A stretch of 63,285 nucleotides of DNA, counting the filler, from Pseudovirgaria hyperparasitica (lineage: Eukaryota): assembly GCA_010093815.1 (NCBI GenBank). It is 3 parts of 3 records of this genome, joined end to end, with 100 filler letters (N's around TTAATTAATTAA, not from the genome) between each part and the next. Parts side by side here need not be neighbours in the genome. Positions count along the whole stretch, not along the records: positions 1 to 23,366 come from ML996583.1; 2 more parts are not named here. The stretch is one strand, 5' to 3'. The position numbers and the translations under genes were made by a program. Under the pieces are notes generated by a model. That model saw nothing but the letters and a program-made list of their open reading frames with translations. It was not told the origin of the DNA and made no database searches. How positions within the stretch are numbered: the stretch's first letter is position 1; every line of letters begins with the position of its first letter. Of this stretch, positions 1-13,234 are shown piece by piece.

Positions 1-125
1 TATATATATATATATATATTAGAAGTTATTATACTTAGTATACTCTATTAATTAATGTCTATAGATTACTATATCGCCCTAAATTAACTAGTTTTAGTCC
101 CTTAGAGTGTTCTAGATTTCTCTCT
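1..125 (-). mobile_element. 5' end of a Tad1-like LINE (rest lies outside the window)
   Basis: Reverse complement of 3411-3535, the 5' end of LINE-2. Also matches the 5' termini of the other LINE copies (e.g. 8750-8840). Confidence 0.8.
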
Positions 126-684
126 ATCTCTATAGTATAAAGTATATAGCTAAAGAGATATAATATAGTACTATCTTATAATATATCTAAACCTCTATAT
201 ATAGAGATAATTACTTATCTATATAATAAGGACCTCTAATATTATATAGTAGCTTAATAAGTACTCTAAGAAGATTACCTAGTAGATACTTATATATCTC
301 CCTCTCCCTTAATATTAATAGACCTAGATATATATACTAGAAGTAACTAGATATATACTAGATAGACCCTAGTATACGCTAGAAGAACCCTAGGAGAACT
401 CTAATTATTAGTTAAGGGTAACCCTAATTATTAGTTAAGGGTAACCCTTAACTTATAACCCCTATACTCTATATATACTACCTAAGTATAAAATAATAGT
501 ACTATAGGTTATAGGCCTATAGATATTTCTAATAGCTATATACTTAAGATAATATAAAGGTTTAATAAGATATAGTTATAGAGAGAAGGGAGGTTTTCCT
601 TTTATAAAGGTTTCTTCTTATATAATAGCTTAGACTAGAGAAGGTATATATCTATAGAGTAAACTACTCTACCTAGTTATATAA

Positions 685-722
<38 letters not shown>
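126..722 (+). mobile_element. 3' fragment of a Tad1-like LINE with (ATT)n tail, abutting the copia integrase
   Basis: Colinear with 18930-19485; ends in (ATT)n at about 685-722. Confidence 0.85.
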
Positions 723-724
<2 letters not shown>

Positions 725-3410
725 CTTTATAACTTATTTAGATAGTTATTCTAAATATCTAGAGATAGATATTATAAAAAATAGAGATAAGAATTTCTTA
801 ATTACTAAGAATTATATTACTAGATAAGAAAACTAGTCTAATAGTAATAAAGTAAAGAGATTCTATTCTAATAATACTAGAGAGTATAAATTATTATTAT
901 ATAAGTCTTATTTTAATAAAAAAGGTATAGAATATACCTATATATATCCTTATAGTCTAGAATAGAACTCTAAAGTAGAGAGAATTAATAGAATATTACT
1001 TAATAAAGTTAGATTATTACTTTATTAAGCTAATTTACCTTATTATTACTAGACTAAAGCTCTATTAGCTATGTATTATCTATATAATAGAATACTATAT
1101 TCTAGTATAGAATATAAAACTCCCTATAAACTTAAATATAGTAAAAAACTAATTATTATATATATAAAAGTATATGGTTCTAGAGTATATAAAAAAGAAT
1201 ATATATCTAAGAATAAGCTAGAGCCTAGAAGTAGTTTATATTATCTTATAAACTATAATAATAATAATTAGTATAAATTACTTAATATTAGTAATAATAC
1301 TACTATATAGGCTAAAGATATTACTATACTAGAGAGTACTTTTTATAATAAAAGTTAAAAACTCTACTTAGACTCTCTAGAATAAGAGTCTATATATAGA
1401 GAACTAAGTAAAGATAAATTAGAAGAAGACGAAAATTACATAGATAATAAGTCTATATATAATTTAAATACTCCTAAAATTACAGCCGAATCGGGTGAAA
1501 ATTATAGTTAGAATTAATTTACGAAAAATAGAGAAAATCAAATTAACCTAGACTCTCTAGAGGGTCTAGAGACTCTAGATAATCTAGATAGTCTATAGAC
1601 TCTATTAATTTAGATTTAGAAGACGAATTAGCTTATACTAATAATAGTAATATTAGTTCTAATGCTATATGTTATTATACTTATAATAGTCTATTTGAAT
1701 TTAGTACTTATAATATATCCTTAGATATTATAGAGCCTAAATCATATAAATAAGCTATAAAAAGTACACATGCTATAGAATGGAAAAATACTACTATTAA
1801 GGAGTATAATAACTTATTAAGTTAAAATACATAGGATTTAGTAGATAAACCTAATGGTTCTACTAATATAATCTCTAGTAGATAGGTATTTAAACTTAAA
1901 TTAAACCTAGATAATACCATTAATAAGTATAAAGCTAGATAGGTAGCTAGAGGTTTTCTATAAAAATATAGAATAGATTATCTAGAAACCTTTACTTATA
2001 CTATAAGACCTATAGTAATTCGTTTATTACTACTTATAGACGGGTTATATAACCTTAAAATACATTAATAGGACTTTAAATTAGCTTTTCCTAATGCTAG
2101 ATTAAAGAAAACTATATATATATACTAGCTAGAGGGGTTTAGAGACTCTAATTACCCTAATAGAGTTAATAAATTAAATAGAGCTTTATATGGACTTAAG
2201 TAATTAGCTAGAGAGTAGTAAGATCTACTTAAGGATATATTAATATTCTTAAAGTTTACTTAAATTATAGCTAAAAATACAGTCTATATTAGAGATAATC
2301 TAATTATTTTAGCCTATATAGACGATATATTAGTTTTTATACCTAATATTAAAGATATAGATAACTTCTATTTAGAGATAACTAAGTACTCTAGATTAGA
2401 TATATCTAATCTAGAGTAAGCTAAATATTATTTAGGAATAGAAATAAAGGGAGATAGAACTAAAGGTTATATTATATTATCTTAATCTTCTTTTATTAAG
2501 AACTTATTAATTAAGTTTAATAAAGAGAATATAAAGCTATCTAAAATACCTTTATCTCTAGGTATTTAATTAGATAAAATCTAATTATAAGCTAAATTAA
2601 AAGATATTAGATAATTTTAAAGGGAAATTAGTTCTCTTATCTATATAACTAGTCTAACTAGATATAACCTAAAATATCTAGTAGGCTATCTAGCTAGATT
2701 TATATCTAATCTAAGTCTAGAATACTTTAAAGCCTTAAATAAGCTATAGTAATATATATTATTTTCTAAGGATTTAGAAATAGAGCTCTATATTAATAGA
2801 GACTCTATTAAATCTAATAATATAATAGCTAAAGGCTATATAGACTTAGATTAGGGGGGGAATATATCTAGAAAAAGTACTACTAGATATATATTCCTTA
2901 TAGGGAATAGCCCTATCTCCTAGAATTTAAAATTATAAAAAACTATAGTACTTAGTTTCTATAAGGCTAAATATATAGCCCTTAAGGAAGTAACTAAGGA
3001 ATTATTATATATTAAGTCTCTTATTACTTAAATTCCTATATTAAATAATATAGAGATTAAGGACTTATATATAGATAATTAATTAGCTATAGAAATTATA
3101 AAGAATCTAGCCTATTATACTAGAACTAAGTATATAGATATTTAATACCATTTTATTAGAGATAATTACCTAAGAAAGGTAATTAATCTAATATATATAA
3201 ATACTAAGAACTAAATAGTAGATAGTCTAACTAAGGTAGTTAACTACTCTATATAGAAGTATTCTATAGACTCTTTTAATTTAATTAATAGAGCTAAAAA
3301 CCTATAAAAATAAAAAAATAGTATAAAAGATATATATATATATATATAGATTAAGGGGGTATATAAGTTTTATATATATAATAACCTTATAATCTATTAT
3401 ATATAATATA
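723..3410 (+). mobile_element. RIP-degenerate Ty1/copia retrotransposon (INT-RT-RNase H, PPT, start of 3' LTR)
   Basis: De-RIP motifs: PEQNxxAERINRTLL (~955-1010), EPKSYKQA (~1733), YKARWVARGF (~1928), YIDD (~2315), GYTDSDWGG (~2834), RTKHIDIQYHFIR (~3122), ADGLTK (~3218). PPT TTAAGGGGG at ~3351. The LTR is split by LINE-2 and appears to resume at 19499-19544. Confidence 0.9.
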
Positions 3411-3570
3411 GAGAGAAATCTAGAACACTCTAAGGGACTAAAACTAGTTAATTTAGGGCGATATAGTAATCTATAGATATTAATTAATAGAGTATACTAA
3501 GTATAATAACTTCTAATATATATATATATATATATATATAGTATATAATATATAATAGTACTAATATATA

Positions 3571-6500
3571 ATAATAATAATAATATTATATAACTAGGTA
3601 GAGTAGTACTCTATAGGCCTATGCCTCCTCTAGTCTAGACTACTATATAAGAAGAAACCCAAGAGGGGAAAACTTCCTTATATCGATAATTACATCTCGT
3701 TAAACCTTTATTTCTTCTTAAGTATATAGCTATAGGGTATACCTATTAGCCTATAGCCTATATTACCGTTATTTTACCCTTAGGTAGCACGTGTAGGTAC
3801 GGAGGTTATTAGTTAAGGGGTTCTTCCGGCATATACCGGGTTTCCTCTAATGTATACCGGGTTTCTTCCGGTATATATTTCCGGGTCTACTAGAATTAGA
3901 GGAGTGGTAGGTATGTAATTATCCACCGGGCGATATTCTTAGGGTACTTATTAAGCCATCGTACGATATCGGAGATTCTTATTATATAGATAAGCTTCTA
4001 CCTTTATATATAAAGATTAGGGTATATTATAAGATAGTAGCGTATTATATCTCTCCGGCTATATATCTTATACTATAGAGACACGTCGGGGACGCCTCTC
4101 TTATAGAGGTAGTATAGAAGTTCTATAGCGCCCGTTCGGGCTTAGAGGAGTATAGATATCTAGGCCTTTATAAGCCCTTTATATATCTATTTACTCGGCT
4201 CCTTCTATAGTTCTTAGATCTACTCTAGATATCTATTCTACTAGAAGGCCTACTAGGCCCGGAGTATCTCTTTCTACTTATCTTAGATCTACAACCATAT
4301 ACTTCGTCCAAGCTCTTAAAGGCTCTATTAGTCTAGAAGGGTATCTAGGTTATCCTTAATCTCTTATACTACTTAGTTTAAGTCTATTTCTATTAGGTAC
4401 TTATACTATAGTTAAGTCCGGCCTATATATAAGAGTACTTAGTAGTATACGCTAACTCACGCGCGTAGCGCGGCGAAGGTATATTCTATATTTTCTATAC
4501 GTTCCTATACTTATTATTTAGTAAAGTATACTACCCTCTATGTCTAGTAGAAGTTATATATACTTATAATATCTATCTCGCGTCGTAGTAGCACCGTGTT
4601 AGTAGCTTTATATACGCCTAATATAAGATAGAGTATATAGTTCTATATGGATTCGAGCTTTATTCGTCTAGTCTATATAAGGGCCGTGTACTAGTACTCG
4701 TGTCCGTACGTAAAGGCGGGTCGTGCTATAGATATATATAGCTAGCGTGCCTTATCCCGGGCGGTTCTCTACGTAGAGGCCGTAATCTAGCGTATAGCGG
4801 CTTCTATCTAGAGGGCCCTAGAAACGGCGTATGCTACCTATGGTCCCTATTTAAGCTTATTATTAATTATAACGCCGAGTGCGCGTATGCTTTATGTCGG
4901 CGGTTTGTCAAAGGCGTCTATTCTAGGGCGTTACTTGCCTTCCCTAGTAGCCTATTTCCTATAGCGGTTAATAAAGTATATAAGTTAGTACTTTTCGGGG
5001 GCGAACTTTACTCTATAGCGCTTTACCTATTAGATGTATCTTCCGTAGTCTTATTCGAGTCGTCTATATGTTTAGCTAGTATTATTATTAATAGCTAGAA
5101 GGTATGTATCGTCTACGTATCCTACTACCTCTATATATTATAATCCCTAGAGGAGGTCTATAGTAAAGAAGATGAAGAGAATCGGGGAGATAGTACTTCC
5201 TTATAGGATGCCGTAAGCCGTCTTCTCGTACTTACTTCGATATCCGGGGATATATATCTAGGTAACTCTTTCGGCGAGGAAGGACTATATAAACCGCGTA
5301 ATCCACGCGGGTATACGCCTCTTCCGTAAGTTATAGATAAGTCTCGTGTGGTTTACTTTATTAAATACGCCGGCCATGTTAAGGGAGAGTAGCGTTACTA
5401 TACGTCCCTACTTCTATATAGTCTAGACGACTTTAAGGATATATTAGATAGTGGTAATTAGGGAGCTTCTAGCCTTCGCCTTCTGGTTTACTAGGAGGAG
5501 GTTATATTCCTATACTACGGCGCTTATCTTCTTCGCGATCATAGTCTCTAGTATCTTTCTAAGATAGAAGAGAAGGGCGATTAGCCTCTATCCTTTCGGG
5601 GAGCTAGGGTTCTTCCCTAGTTTCGGGAGTATAATAGTATAGACGGCCCGGAAGCTTTAGGGGTGGTATCCGTTCTTAATATATGCTTAAAATATATAAC
5701 TAATAAGCGGTAGGGTAGCTAGTATAGTATGTTTAAGGTATCTATTCGGTATCCTATCCGGTCTAGGTGCCTTATTATTCGGGAGTACTTTAATAGTATC
5801 GAGTATATCCTCCTTAGTAACCTCTTAGGGGATATTAATTACGTCTAGATATTTAGTATTATTAATATCTAATAGGTCTACTAGCTCCGGGAGGGGGAAT
5901 ATAACTTTATATAAGATCTCCGTCTTCTCCGGGCTTATAGAGTATATTCTCTCTTAGTATATTAGGGGAGGTATTAGTAGCGGCGGTATCGGCGCGTCTA
6001 CACCCTTAGCCTACTTTACTATATACTATAGCCCTACGGCTTACCGTGTATATTTATCGGTAATTATACGCTATTATTTTCGTCGTTTATTACGGAGGGC
6101 CCTATCACGATATCGTACTACTTCCTTCTACTCTTCCCACGCCTTAGTCGTCCGGATATAGTATACACGTGTATATAGTCTACGGGCGTCTCTTCTATAC
6201 TCTCGTATTTAAGGTATACCCCTCGCTTCTAGGGGTCTATACGTTCAGTATAGCACATATTTATCTCTTATAGCTTAATATACTTAAAGGAGGACTTACA
6301 CGGCCTTATCTATGGCTAGGCCGTTAGATACGTCGACTATAGAGGGGTCTAGAATTACCGATTCTAGGTCCTCTAGGTATTTATCCTAATTAGTATCCTT
6401 CTATAGCTATTTCCTATATTATTCGTTAAGAGTAGAGACGTCTATTACGGTTTCCATATATTCGTGGTCGGAGTCCGTCTATATCCGGCTCGGGCGGTAG

Positions 6501-8862
6501 TACTATACTCTATGGCTAATGTACTCGGTAGCGAGGGTAAGATCGAGCGTAGACCCGTTCTTATCCTATTTATATTTCCTCTAGGTAATCTACCCTATAG
6601 GTGTAAGGAGGTATAGAAAGTCATAGTACCGTGTATATAGTTCCCTTACTCTAAGTTCTTCTCTCGCGACGGCTAGGCCTCTCTACTACCTATGGTAGAG
6701 ATTAAAGTCGCCTAGGAGGATATATTATCCCGGCGTTATAGTGCCCTCGAGTATATTATCTAGCGTAAGCGATCGCTATTAATTATAGATATTATAGATA
6801 TAGAGAGGCCCTATACTTATCTAGAGATATAGTATTATCCGGAGGTTATTACGTTCGGTATAAGACCATTCTAAGAGTGGGATCAACTTATATATATAAA
6901 ACATAACTCTCCTATCCGGGCCCGTAGGGTAGATAGTATAGTATCCTAGGTATATTATTGGCTTATTAGTTTGGTAGTGTTTATATAGTTCCTAGATAGC
7001 TATTATTACGGCTCCTGTCTCTTCTAGAAGCGTCGCTTGGTTTTCTCGTTTATATTATACGTTCGTCTATATAATAATAAGTATATCTTATGCCCTTATT
7101 AGGTGCTAGGGAAAGTTCGAGTCTATATGTTAGTGGCGCTAAGGCGTGATTATCCTTGCGCGGTAGCGGCTTTGAGTATGCCCTAGGGTCGGCCTATCTT
7201 TCTCTATATAGTATACTATTACGCGTTATTCTCTCCCCTTCGGGGGGTGGTTACTAGATTTATAAGTAAAGTTAGGGATAGCGGCGAGGGTAGCGAGGGC
7301 CTTATAGCTTAGTATATCTACCTCGCCTCTCTTATCTTTATCGCGTTAATATATTCTATAATCTACTTACGTTTCGTGCACGTTACCGACTAGGATAGGT
7401 ATTTCCCATCGTAGTTAGAGTACTTAGCGGTGTCCCTATCTCGCGTCTCATCGCTCTGCGTCTTATAAGGGTATTCCTTAGTATTATAGCCCTGTTTATA
7501 CCACCTATAGGCGGTCTTCTAAGAGTACCTCTACCTAGTATACCTATATCCTTAATAGTTAAAGTATTACGTCATTACCTATGCTCTATCCTATGGTTCC
7601 GCCGTAAGTAGCTCTCCTTTAGCTAGGAAGCCCTCCTACGTTATTCTATAGACGAGAGCGGGGTCCCTAAGCTCTACTATTATAGTAGAGTGCTTTTTCG
7701 ATTTTATCTTAATCCCTTAGACGTTCTTCTACCACGCCTTCGCGATCTTAATCCTAGGGTACTTCGGTTTATTAGATTACTCTATTCGCTTAATATCGTC
7801 TTCTCTAATAACGTGTCCTCGGACAGGGACGGTATATATCTATATCGGGTACGTGGTTACGCGGACGGACACGCTAGGGAAGATATTATTAATCGCGTTC
7901 GGGTCGCGTGAGATAGTCTACTAGGCCGTGTTAGTAGTAGTAGTTAGTACTATACCTCCTAGGGTAAGTTTAGCGGCTACTATATTTAACTATATCCCTT
8001 TCTATTTATTAATCTTATTTATAATATCCTTTAGGGACGCTTACTAGACTTATATAAGTACTTCTTCATTCTAGATAGTAACTTATATACTATATACCCC
8101 GTCCGTAGGTGCCCTTAGTGTTTTAGCTAATATAGCTATTCCGCTTATAGGTGCGGTGACCTATGCCCACGTGCTAGGGCGTTTTCCCTAGGTAAGGCCC
8201 TCCTAGATCCTCTATAGGCTGGCCTCTATACGATCTAGTCTAGATTCCGGGTCTAGTTCTAGCGTCTATTTTACTTCTATAGTAAGCTCTCTAATATTCC
8301 GGACAAGGTTCCGGAAGATACTAAGGAGGGCTATTTCTCCCTTCTCGACTTCTCCCTCTATACGTACTACCTAGTAGTTAATCTTATCTAGGAGGGTCTC
8401 CCCGGGTAGAGTCCCCTCCGTCTCTATTATCTATAGTATTATACGCCCTTAGTTATTCGTCGTTTATTAGACGGGGGTTTAATCGTCCTAGGATATACCG
8501 CTATATAGCCGTTTCTACCGTACTAGTATTAGGGGTATACCCGGTGGAAGCTAAGGTACGTCGGTGCCTAAGGCCGCTATGATTATTAGTAAAGGGCTAC
8601 CCGTAACTAATAAAAAGGGGGTCGGCGTATTAGTATTTATTAGAGATAGTCTATGCTCGTGTCATCGAAGAGCCTTCGAGCGTATATATATAGCGTCTCT
8701 ATACGTCGGTATCGTCGTGTATTATACGCTGCACGTACGTACGTGTATTGGAGGTTATTATACTCGGTGTACTCTATCGTTTAATATATATAGATCGCTA
8801 TATTACCCCGAATTGACTAGTTTAGTCCGTTAGGGTGTAAGCCTCTAATTCCGTGTACTATT
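3571..8862 (-). mobile_element. LINE-1: full-length Tad1-like LINE nested in the 5' UTR of LINE-2
   Basis: Tail at 3571, family 5' end at ~8841, 15-bp TSD TAGTACTAATATATA at 3556-3570 and 8863-8877. APE, RT and ORF1 motifs on the minus strand. Confidence 0.92.
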
Positions 8863-10248
8863 TAGTACTAATATATAGAGATACTATATATATATACTTA
8901 AAAAACTCTTTAGAGTAATAAGTATAGACTACTACTAATAAATACTAATATACTAACCCCCTTTACTAATTAAGAATAGCCCTTAACTAATAATTATAGT
9001 AGCCTCTAGTACTAATATACCCTAGCTTCTACTAGATATACCCCTACTACTAGTATAATAGAAATAGCTATATAGTAGTATATTCTAGAATAACTAAACT
9101 ACTATCTAAAAAATAAAAAATAACTAGAGGTATAAAGTACTATAGATAACTAAGATAGAGAGAACTCTACTTACGGATACCCTTATAGATAAGATTAAAT
9201 ACTAGATAGTATATATAGAGAGGGAAATTAAGAAGGGAGAGACTACCCTCCTTAATATCTTCTAAAGTCTAGTCTAAAATATTAAGGGACTTACTATAGA
9301 AGCGAAATAGATACTAGAAATAAGTCTAGAATCTAGGCTAGACTAAATTAAGGCTAGACTACTAAGAATCTAAGAAGACCTTATCTAGAAGGGATATCTA
9401 ACTACTTAGATATAAGTTATAGTACCGCTAGGTAGTATAACTAGAATAATCTAAATACTAAGAATATCTATAGAAGAAGTATATAGTATATAGATCGCTA
9501 TCTAGAATAAGAAAGTTCTTATATAGATCTAGAAGGTATCCCTAAAGAATATTATTAATAAGATTAATAAATAAAAAGAAATATAGTTAAATATAGTTAT
9601 AGCTAAACTTACCCTAGAAGATATAGTACTAACTACTACTACTAATATAGTCTAGTAGACTATCTCTTATAATCTAAACGCGATTAATAATATATTTCCT
9701 AGTATATCTATCTACGCTAATATATACCTAATATAGATATATATAGTTTCTATCTAGGGATATATTATTAGCGCTAATAATATTAAGTAAATAGAATAAT
9801 CTAATAACTAGAAATACCCTAGAATTAAGATTATAAAGGCGTGGTAGAAGAATATATAAGGAATTAAAGTAAAATTAAAAAAATATTCTACTATAATAGT
9901 AGAGCTCTAAGACTCTACTCTTATCTATTAAATTATATAAGAAGACTTCTTAGCTAAGAGAGAGTTACTTATAGCGGAACTATAGAATAGAGTATAGATA
10001 ATAATCTAATACTTTAACTATTAGGGGTATAGATATACTAGATAGAGATACTCTTAGAAAGCTATCTATAGATAGTACTAATAGAACTACTATATCTAGA
10101 AATACCTATATAAAGAATAGGAGGACTATATATATAATAAAGATACTACTAAGTACTCTAATTATAATAGAAACTACCTATTATAGTTAGTAATATATAT
10201 AAAATATAGATAAGTCGCTAAGTATATTAACGCTATAAAGATAAGAGA

Positions 10249-10390
10249 TATAAGGAGGCGGGCTCTACGTACCAACCAACTACACTATAAAAGGACCGAA
10301 TCTTAAAGCTACGGCTTCAAGGGTGGAGCATATTGCTTATATACGACTACTATACACATGTATAATTAACTGGTAGGCACGTGCCTAACA
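10249..10390 (-). mobile_element. Solo LTR (142 bp) of the TRIM-like family
   Basis: Reverse complement of the LTRs at 52188-52339 and 52662-52813, about 10 nt shorter. TG...(C/T)A ends; 5-bp TSD AGAGA at 10244-10248 and 10391-10395. Confidence 0.9.
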
Positions 10391-13234
10391 AGAGAGGTAA
10401 GGTAGATATACTAAGCTATAAGGCCTCTACTATCTACTCTAACCTTATCTATAACTATACTAACTAATCTATAAGAAGGCGGGGCTAATATATAATAGTA
10501 TACTATACTAAGAAAGATAGAGCGACCCTAGGGTATTCTTAAGGTAGCTACCGCGTAGAGATAGTCGCGCCTTAACACTACTAGTATATAGACTTAAATA
10601 TTCCCTAGTACCTAATAAGGAGCTAATATATACTTATTATTATATAGGCGAATATATAATATAAATAAGAAAACTAGGCTACGCTTCTAGAAGAGATAGA
10701 TACCGCGATAATAGCTATCTAGAAACTATATAAATACTACTAAACTAATAAACTAATAATATATCTAGAATACTATACTATCTACCCCCTAGGCCTAGAT
10801 AGAAGAGTCCTCTTCTATATATATAAATCTATCTCGCTCTTAGAATAGTTCTATAGAGAATAAGATAATCTCTAGATAATACTATACCTCTAGATAGATA
10901 TAGAGCCTCTCTATATCTATAATATCTATAACTAGAGAGAATTACTTATACTAGATACTATACTAGAGGGTATTATAGAACTAGAATAATATATCCTTCT
11001 AGGTAACTTTAACCTCTACTATAGATAGTAGAGAGGTCTAATAGTTATTAGGGAAGAGCTTAGAGTAAGGGAGCTATATATAAGGTACTACGACCTTCTA
11101 TACCTCCTAATACTAGTTAGATAAATTATATAGAGAAAATATAAGAAAGATAAGGAGGGATCTATACTTAACCTTACCCTTACTATAGAATATATAAGCT
11201 ATAGAGTATAATATTACCGCCCGAGTAAGATATAAACGGACTCTAATTATAAATATATAGAGACCGTAATAGATATATCTACGCCTAATAAATAATAGAA
11301 AAGATAACTATAGAAAGATACTAACTAGAAGAAGTATAGGGAGGACCTAGAATCGGCGATTCTAGACCCCTCTATAGTTAATATCTCTAATAGTCTAGCT
11401 ATAGATAGAGCCGTGTAAATTCTTCTTTAAGCCTTCTAAAACTTAAGGAATAAATATATATTATACTAAATATATAAGCCCCTAGATATAAGGAGTATAC
11501 CTTAAATATATAAAAGTAGAAGGGAAGCCTAGAGACTATATACACGTATATACTATATCTAGATAACTAAGGTATAGAAGGAATAGAAAGAGGTAATCTA
11601 ATCTTATAATAGGACCCTCTATAATAAATAATATAAATACTAGTATATAATTACTAATAAATATATATAATAGACTATAGGGCTATAGTATATAGTAAAG
11701 TAGGCTAAGAGCGTGGACGTGCCAACGCTACTACTACTAATACCTCCTCTAATATACTAGGGGATAATATATACTATAAGCCCTAAAAAGATAAAGATTC
11801 TCTAAGAAGTTATATTTCCCTCTCTAGAGCTAGTAGATCTTTTAGATATTAATAATAATATATATCTAGACACGGTTAATATCTCTATAGAGATTATAGA
11901 AGAGAAGATACTTAATACTATTAAAGTACTCCTAAACGATAAAGCGCCTATACTAGATAGAATACTAAATAGATGCCTTAAATATATTATATAGGTAGCC
12001 TTACTACTTATTAGCCTTATCTTCTAGATATATACTAAGAATAGATACTATCTCTAGAGCTTCTAGACTATCTATACTATTATACTTCTAAAACTAGGGA
12101 AGAACTCTAACTCTCTAAAAGAATAGAGGCTAATTACTCTTCTCTTCTATCTTAGTAATATACTTAAGACTATAGTTATAAAGAAGATAAGTACTATAGT
12201 ATAAGAATATAACCTTCTTCTAGTAAACTAGAAGGTAAAAACTAGGAGCTCTCTAATTACTACTATCTAATATATTCTTAAAGTTATCTAGACTATATAG
12301 AAATAGGGACGCGTAGTAATATTACTCTCCCTAGATATAGCCGGTATATTTAATAAGATAAACTATATAAGACTTATCTATAATCTATAGAAGAGATATA
12401 TACCCGAATAGATTATAAGATTTATATAGTCTTTTCTTACTAAAAGAATTATCTAGATATATATCCCTAGATATTAAAGTAAATATAAGAAGATAATATA
12501 TAGTATTCTATAAGGAAGTACTATCTCCCTAATTCTCTTTCTTTTCTTTACTATAGACCTTTTATAGAGGATATAATATATAGAGGTAGTAGGATACGCT
12601 AATAATATATACCTCCTAGCTATTAATAATAATACTAGTTTAACGTATAAACGCCTTATATAAGACTATAAGAGATATATCTAGTAGATAAAGCGCTATA
12701 GAGTAAAGTTCGCCCCTAAGAAATACTAACTTATATACTTTATTAACTACTATAGGAAATAGGCTACTAGGGAAGGAGAGTAATATTCTAGAATAGATAC
12801 TTTTACCGAACCACCGATATAGAGTATATATATACTTAGTATTATAATTAATAATAAACTTAAATACAGCCTATAGATTATATATATAGTATCTAGGGCC
12901 CTTAAGGTAGAAGCCGCTATATACTAGATTACGGCCTCTATATAGAGAACTACCTAGAATAAGGCGCGCTAACTATATATCTCTATAGTACGACCCGCCT
13001 TTATATATAGATATAAGTACTAGTATACGGCCCTTATATAGACTAGATAAATAAAGCTTAAGTCTATATAGAACTATATACTCTACCTTATATCTAGTAT
13101 ATATAAAGCTACTAATATAGTACTACTATAATACGAGATAAATATAATAAGTATATAGAACTACTACTAGATATAGAGGGTAATATACTTTACTAAATAA
13201 TAAGTATAGAAACACGTAGAATATACTAAATATA

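Noticed and set aside
1..3535. 125-bp inverted repeats as TIRs of a DNA transposon
   Set aside because: Both are 5' ends of the same LINE subfamily in opposite orientations.
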